From positions 1 to 64,000 of the forward strand of contig JAUCBJ010009097.1 in NCBI GenBank assembly GCA_032718475.1: 64,000 nucleotides of DNA, in the 5' to 3' direction. Of this stretch, positions 59,901-64,000 are shown piece by piece. The stretch comes from Nemertoderma westbladi (taxonomy: Eukaryota > Animalia > Xenacoelomorpha). The notes beneath the pieces are model-generated. The model was given only the letters and a program-made list of their open reading frames with translations, was not told the DNA's origin and ran no database searches. The translations under genes and the position numbers were made by a program. The stretch's first letter is position 1. Each line of letters begins with the position of its first letter.

Positions 59901-62900
59901 TCACACTAAATATATATATAAGTAATTACGTACGCAATAAACACGAATATATTGCACTATTCTACTAAATAATCGCTAAATAATATTCTACTAAATTAAA
60001 TAAAACGATTATAATAAAATTACATAGTAATACATACAGAAATATAAAAATAATAAAATAATATAAAATAATAGAGTCACACACCCACTCCATATGTTGT
60101 TACGTTATGGAGTCCCTAGATGTTTGAAGGATTAGGGAGGTGGTCGTGGGAAGAGAATCTTGCCTTCCACAGTTTCCGGAGAGTCCTCCATTCCCTTCCG
60201 GTAAACACAAACGACCGACTGGGTGATTGAGTCGCTGCATCCCGAATACAATTCCAGGTTTCCTCTTCGTCCTGGAATAGTGACGATAGAAACATCGCTC
60301 TAGGTACACGACGGCCTTACAAAGCCGATTCCAGGAGCTATAGTGGTCCGTCGCTCCCTGCAGGAGAGGTGAGAGTCCCTGCGAGACGTCTGATGTTCCA
60401 GAGCTCCAATCGCTCTCTCTGATCTTCATGAAGGATCCACTCGCGGTGGGGAGGTCCAGATCCACGGCGTCGTCCCTGGCAATATGTAATACCGACAGAT
60501 CTATCCCGGGTTCAAATAACTCCGATCCACCCGTCCGGGTTTTAGGTTTGACTTTCTCCGCTCCCTTGGCTGGTCTAATCTCAGTCGGAGTAAGATGGGG
60601 AGGCCATTCATCCTCCTTACTCAGGAAGTCGGGTTCACCTAACCGGTCTGTAGTATCTGTCAGTTCTTGAGGAGTTGCTCCTCTGGAAGCGATGTCAGTT
60701 GGATTAAACTTCTTGGGGCAATATCTCCATTGATCTACATTGGAGCTAATATCGTCATTATCTGAGGAGTATGGTGTTCCCTCAGTTGGGTCGTCTCCCT
60801 CACTAGTATCATCTCCCCATTCACTCACCTGGCAGACGCGATCTTGAAGCAGTCTTTCTCTGAGCGTTCTTCGGGAAGGTCCAGTAAGGTACCAACCTAC
60901 TCTAGTTCTTACCGCATAGGTCTGAAGTGATTGCGGTTGAGCAGGTTGTTTCTCCAATGTCTCCAGCGCCTCATGCGCGTTTTGACCGATTAATATTTGT
61001 ACTCCAGGATAATCGGTGTCGAATCTAGGAATGTTAAGTTGTTGGGCATGATCATCTTCGTCCCAATTATAAGGTTCCACTTGGGTGGTAGCGAAGTTCT
61101 TTATTGCCACCATTTTGACTGACCTTATACTGTGTTCTCCTAGTTTATCCTGTGGAGTGGACAACTCACCTATATAATAGTCGGCAGCCACAGCAGATTT
61201 CCAAACCTGCATGATCCCTGACATGTTTAGCTTGGTTCGGAACTTGGGTTGTCCAGCAAAGATGTCTTCGGCTAGTTCTTTATCGATGAATGTTCCTGTG
61301 CTGCCGGAGTCCAGGAGGGCGTTCACTATATAGCTCTTCTGAGGTCCGTGGACCCGTAACTGGACTACAGGAAATTCTCGGATTCCTACATTTGAAGTTG
61401 GCGCTTTCCAAAATTGTTGTTGATCTGAAGTAGTTAGGGTGAGGTCGCTGTCTGTGTCTTTCTCATACATGAGTGCTTGATACACTGCGGTGGTGTTTAT
61501 TAAGTAACAGGATTCGTTTTCGTCGGAGAACTCGTCCGTATAGAATCCTTCCATCTCAGATTGATCAGTGTCGTTCACATCACTGAATTAGACATGTAGT
61601 TCGGAATCACTCATCTGACTCGGACTATTTCGCTCGAATTCAGTGTGCAACAAGATATGATGTTTCGCACCGCACTTTGCATACCTTGCGTCGGAGTAAC
61701 AGGTTCGCCGTTGGTGTCCTCGTCTGAGGCAATTATAACACAACCGCTTATCCCACATTACTTCACGTCTGTCCTTTAGTGATTTCCTCAGGAATTCATC
61801 ACACGCACTTAAACGGTGGGGCCCATCGCACAGCACACATTTGGGCTTGATGTTACTTACTTTAACATGTGCTGTGTGGTGCACGTTCGTTCTTTCCTCG
61901 GGCTTTCTCACCTGAATTCTCTTGGGAGACGTAGGAGGAGTTTTTCTTACCTGTTCTCTCCTGTCATTGGTTCGAGACTTGAATTTACTTACCTGGTCTT
62001 TAGGCGCTGTGTTGTCATAGTAAGATCTTGCAGTGTCTTTCCCGCTGTCTTCCTCTTGAGAAGCCTGGCTTTCGCCATCGTCTGTATAACACACTGGTAT
62101 TACCTTTCTCCTAGAAACGGGTTTCTCACTTACCTTATTTTCCGGTGTCTTCTCTCTGAACTGTTTTAGGAGCTGTAATTTCACCTCGCCATCCAAGAAT
62201 GACATGAGATCAGCCATGGTAGGGTCTCTTCGTTGTTGTTCCATCATATATAACACTGTCTTGTCCCAGCGTGTACCTACTCCGCCCTTGGGCAAATTAG
62301 ATGCTAAGGCTCCTACAACCATAGAATTCTGGTATTCATGAGACTTATCTAACCAATCTAGTTGTCTACAGATCTCCTGAATCTCGTCGGAAAACTCTAT
62401 AATCCCGCTGCTAAGAAACTTTCGGGGCGCCATTAATTTAGCATATAAATACCTAGCTATGTTAGTCCTATTACCATACCTGATGTTCAGTGTATCCCAA
62501 ACTTGTCTTAATCCGTCTGGATGTCCAATAAACTTTAACGCCATTGACTTGGGAGGTCCTTCCAAGCATTCGATGAGGTATCTGAGTTTCTCTCCGTTAG
62601 ATAGCACAGAATTCTGTATGTTATCTTTGTAATATTCATTAAAAGGTAACCATTTCATCTCATCTCCATTGAACTTGACGATCTCTCCCACCTTTACCGC
62701 TTGCCGGGCTTCGGTTCTAGCCATTTGACGCGTAAAACTTTCTTGGGCCATCGTGTTGTTTAATATCGAGTTATCGGTATATAAATTTCTCGGATTATGA
62801 TCCGGTCTATAGGGAATATCATTATCAACAGGTCTATAATTACCCTTAATAGGGTTCACTATAGGAGTTTCTACTTCGCTAGCAGTATAGATGCGTGTAG

Positions 62901-64000
62901 GCTCCACACCTTGCGCATGAGATACTTCAGACCTAACAGGTTGACACATTGTTACAGGGGGTGGTGGTATACCCTTTTGTAAATTTACTAACTTATCGCG
63001 TTCTAGCGCGATACTTTGCTGCACTTCTTGCAACTCTAGCCTACTTTCCCTTACGGTTCCCTTTAACTGTTGAACAGTCCCTTCTAACTCTCGGACCTGT
63101 TGGGAGGAGCGTATTCGATTCTCCTCCATCTTTCCAAGGAGAATGTCCATCCCCCGCCGTCTCTCGTCCACCCAATCAACCGCCGAAATGGGATCCGCCA
63201 ACGTTATAGCGGGCGGACGAGGGACAACGGGCGACAAATCATGAATATTTCGCTCGGAGTCCAGGGCATGAACTGTCTCATGGGCTGTTCTGCTGGGCAC
63301 AGGTAGCTTAGTGCTGTGCAACGGGAATTGAGAGGTAGGTTCAGGGAGTACAGGTGTCTCTACGACCGAAAGGGTGGCTTCGGGAACAGGCCTAACTATT
63401 TCCGGCTCATCTACTATAGTAGGGAGTCTCTCTATTGTAATTATTTGGTCCGTGGGTTCTGTACTACCTAAGTTGTTATTTAGTTGCCTTCTAACAGCTG
63501 GAGGCAAATCAGGCAATTTCTGACGGTGGGATGTTCTTTTACGTCTGCTTAGGCGAGATCGATTTCCTCCGCCTTCAGTGTCGGTGGTATCGCCTTCCTC
63601 AGATGATGTATAACCCTGTCTTTTGGGAGTAGATCGATTCATCATCTGCATATTACTAGCTGTTAACTGTTTATTAAAGTTGTCTTGTTTCTCTTGAAGA
63701 TTTTCCAACTCTAGTTGGGTTGTCTCTTCAGATGCCTTTCGTTCTGCTTCTGCCACTGCTATTTTTCTTTCCGCTTCGGCCGCCTTTCTTTCGGCTTCTA
63801 CTGCTGCAGCTGCCACCTTTCTTTCCGCTTCAGCCGCCTTTCTTTCGGCTTCTACCGCCTTTCTTTCGGCTTCTACTGCTGCAGCTGCCGCTTTTGCCTC
63901 TGCCGCTGCCGCTTTTGCCTCTGCCGCTGCCGCTTTTGCCTCTGCCGCTGCCTCGGCCGCTTTCTTTCTATCTTCTATACGTTTTTTCCTTACTTGTTCT
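56938..64000 (-). mobile_element. Second, diverged copy of the element A family (copy C); runs off the window end, 3' LTR absent
   Basis: Collinear with about 4995-11680, including Gag, protease, RNase H stub, spacer and accessory ORF. Confidence 0.92.
60100..64000 (-). pseudogene. BEL/Pao Gag-protease of copy C fused to the C-terminal stub of RNase H
   Basis: ORFs 61588..63816 and 60100..61578 are in frame across TAA; LLDSGSTGT, then directly QWRYCPKKFNPTDIASRG and YSSWNRL. Confidence 0.88.

Overview
AT-rich eukaryotic (most likely invertebrate animal) repeat-dense DNA made almost entirely of nested transposable elements; no host gene, rRNA, tRNA or CRISPR array is supported. Main components: (1) a recently inserted BEL/Pao LTR retrotransposon on + (element B, 21347-35439; about 1.61-kb LTRs differing at about 8 sites, 5-bp ATATA TSD). 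It has a small upstream ORF, a coiled-coil ORF1, an intact Gag-PR-RT-RH-IN ORF and an extra 866-aa ORF3 with a DEDDy-like 3'-5' exonuclease domain plus CCHC zinc knuckles. (2) A non-autonomous BEL/Pao element on - (element A, 3741-18476; 1.15-kb LTRs, AAAGG TSD; Gag-protease only), with a second diverged copy at 56938-64000 and related solo or partial LTRs. (3) RTE LINE insertions, an RTEX-like LINE nested in a degenerate Gypsy element, and several MITE-like DNA elements. Most striking signals: both BEL/Pao families lack a tRNA PBS, and instead the sequence next to the 5' LTR is complementary to a site inside their own LTR, suggesting Tf1-like self-priming. Element B's U3 is an array of two covarying RNA hairpin modules (a kink-turn/UUCG module and a loop-E/GAAA module), the latter also embedded in two coding regions. 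All alignments and folds were done by eye.
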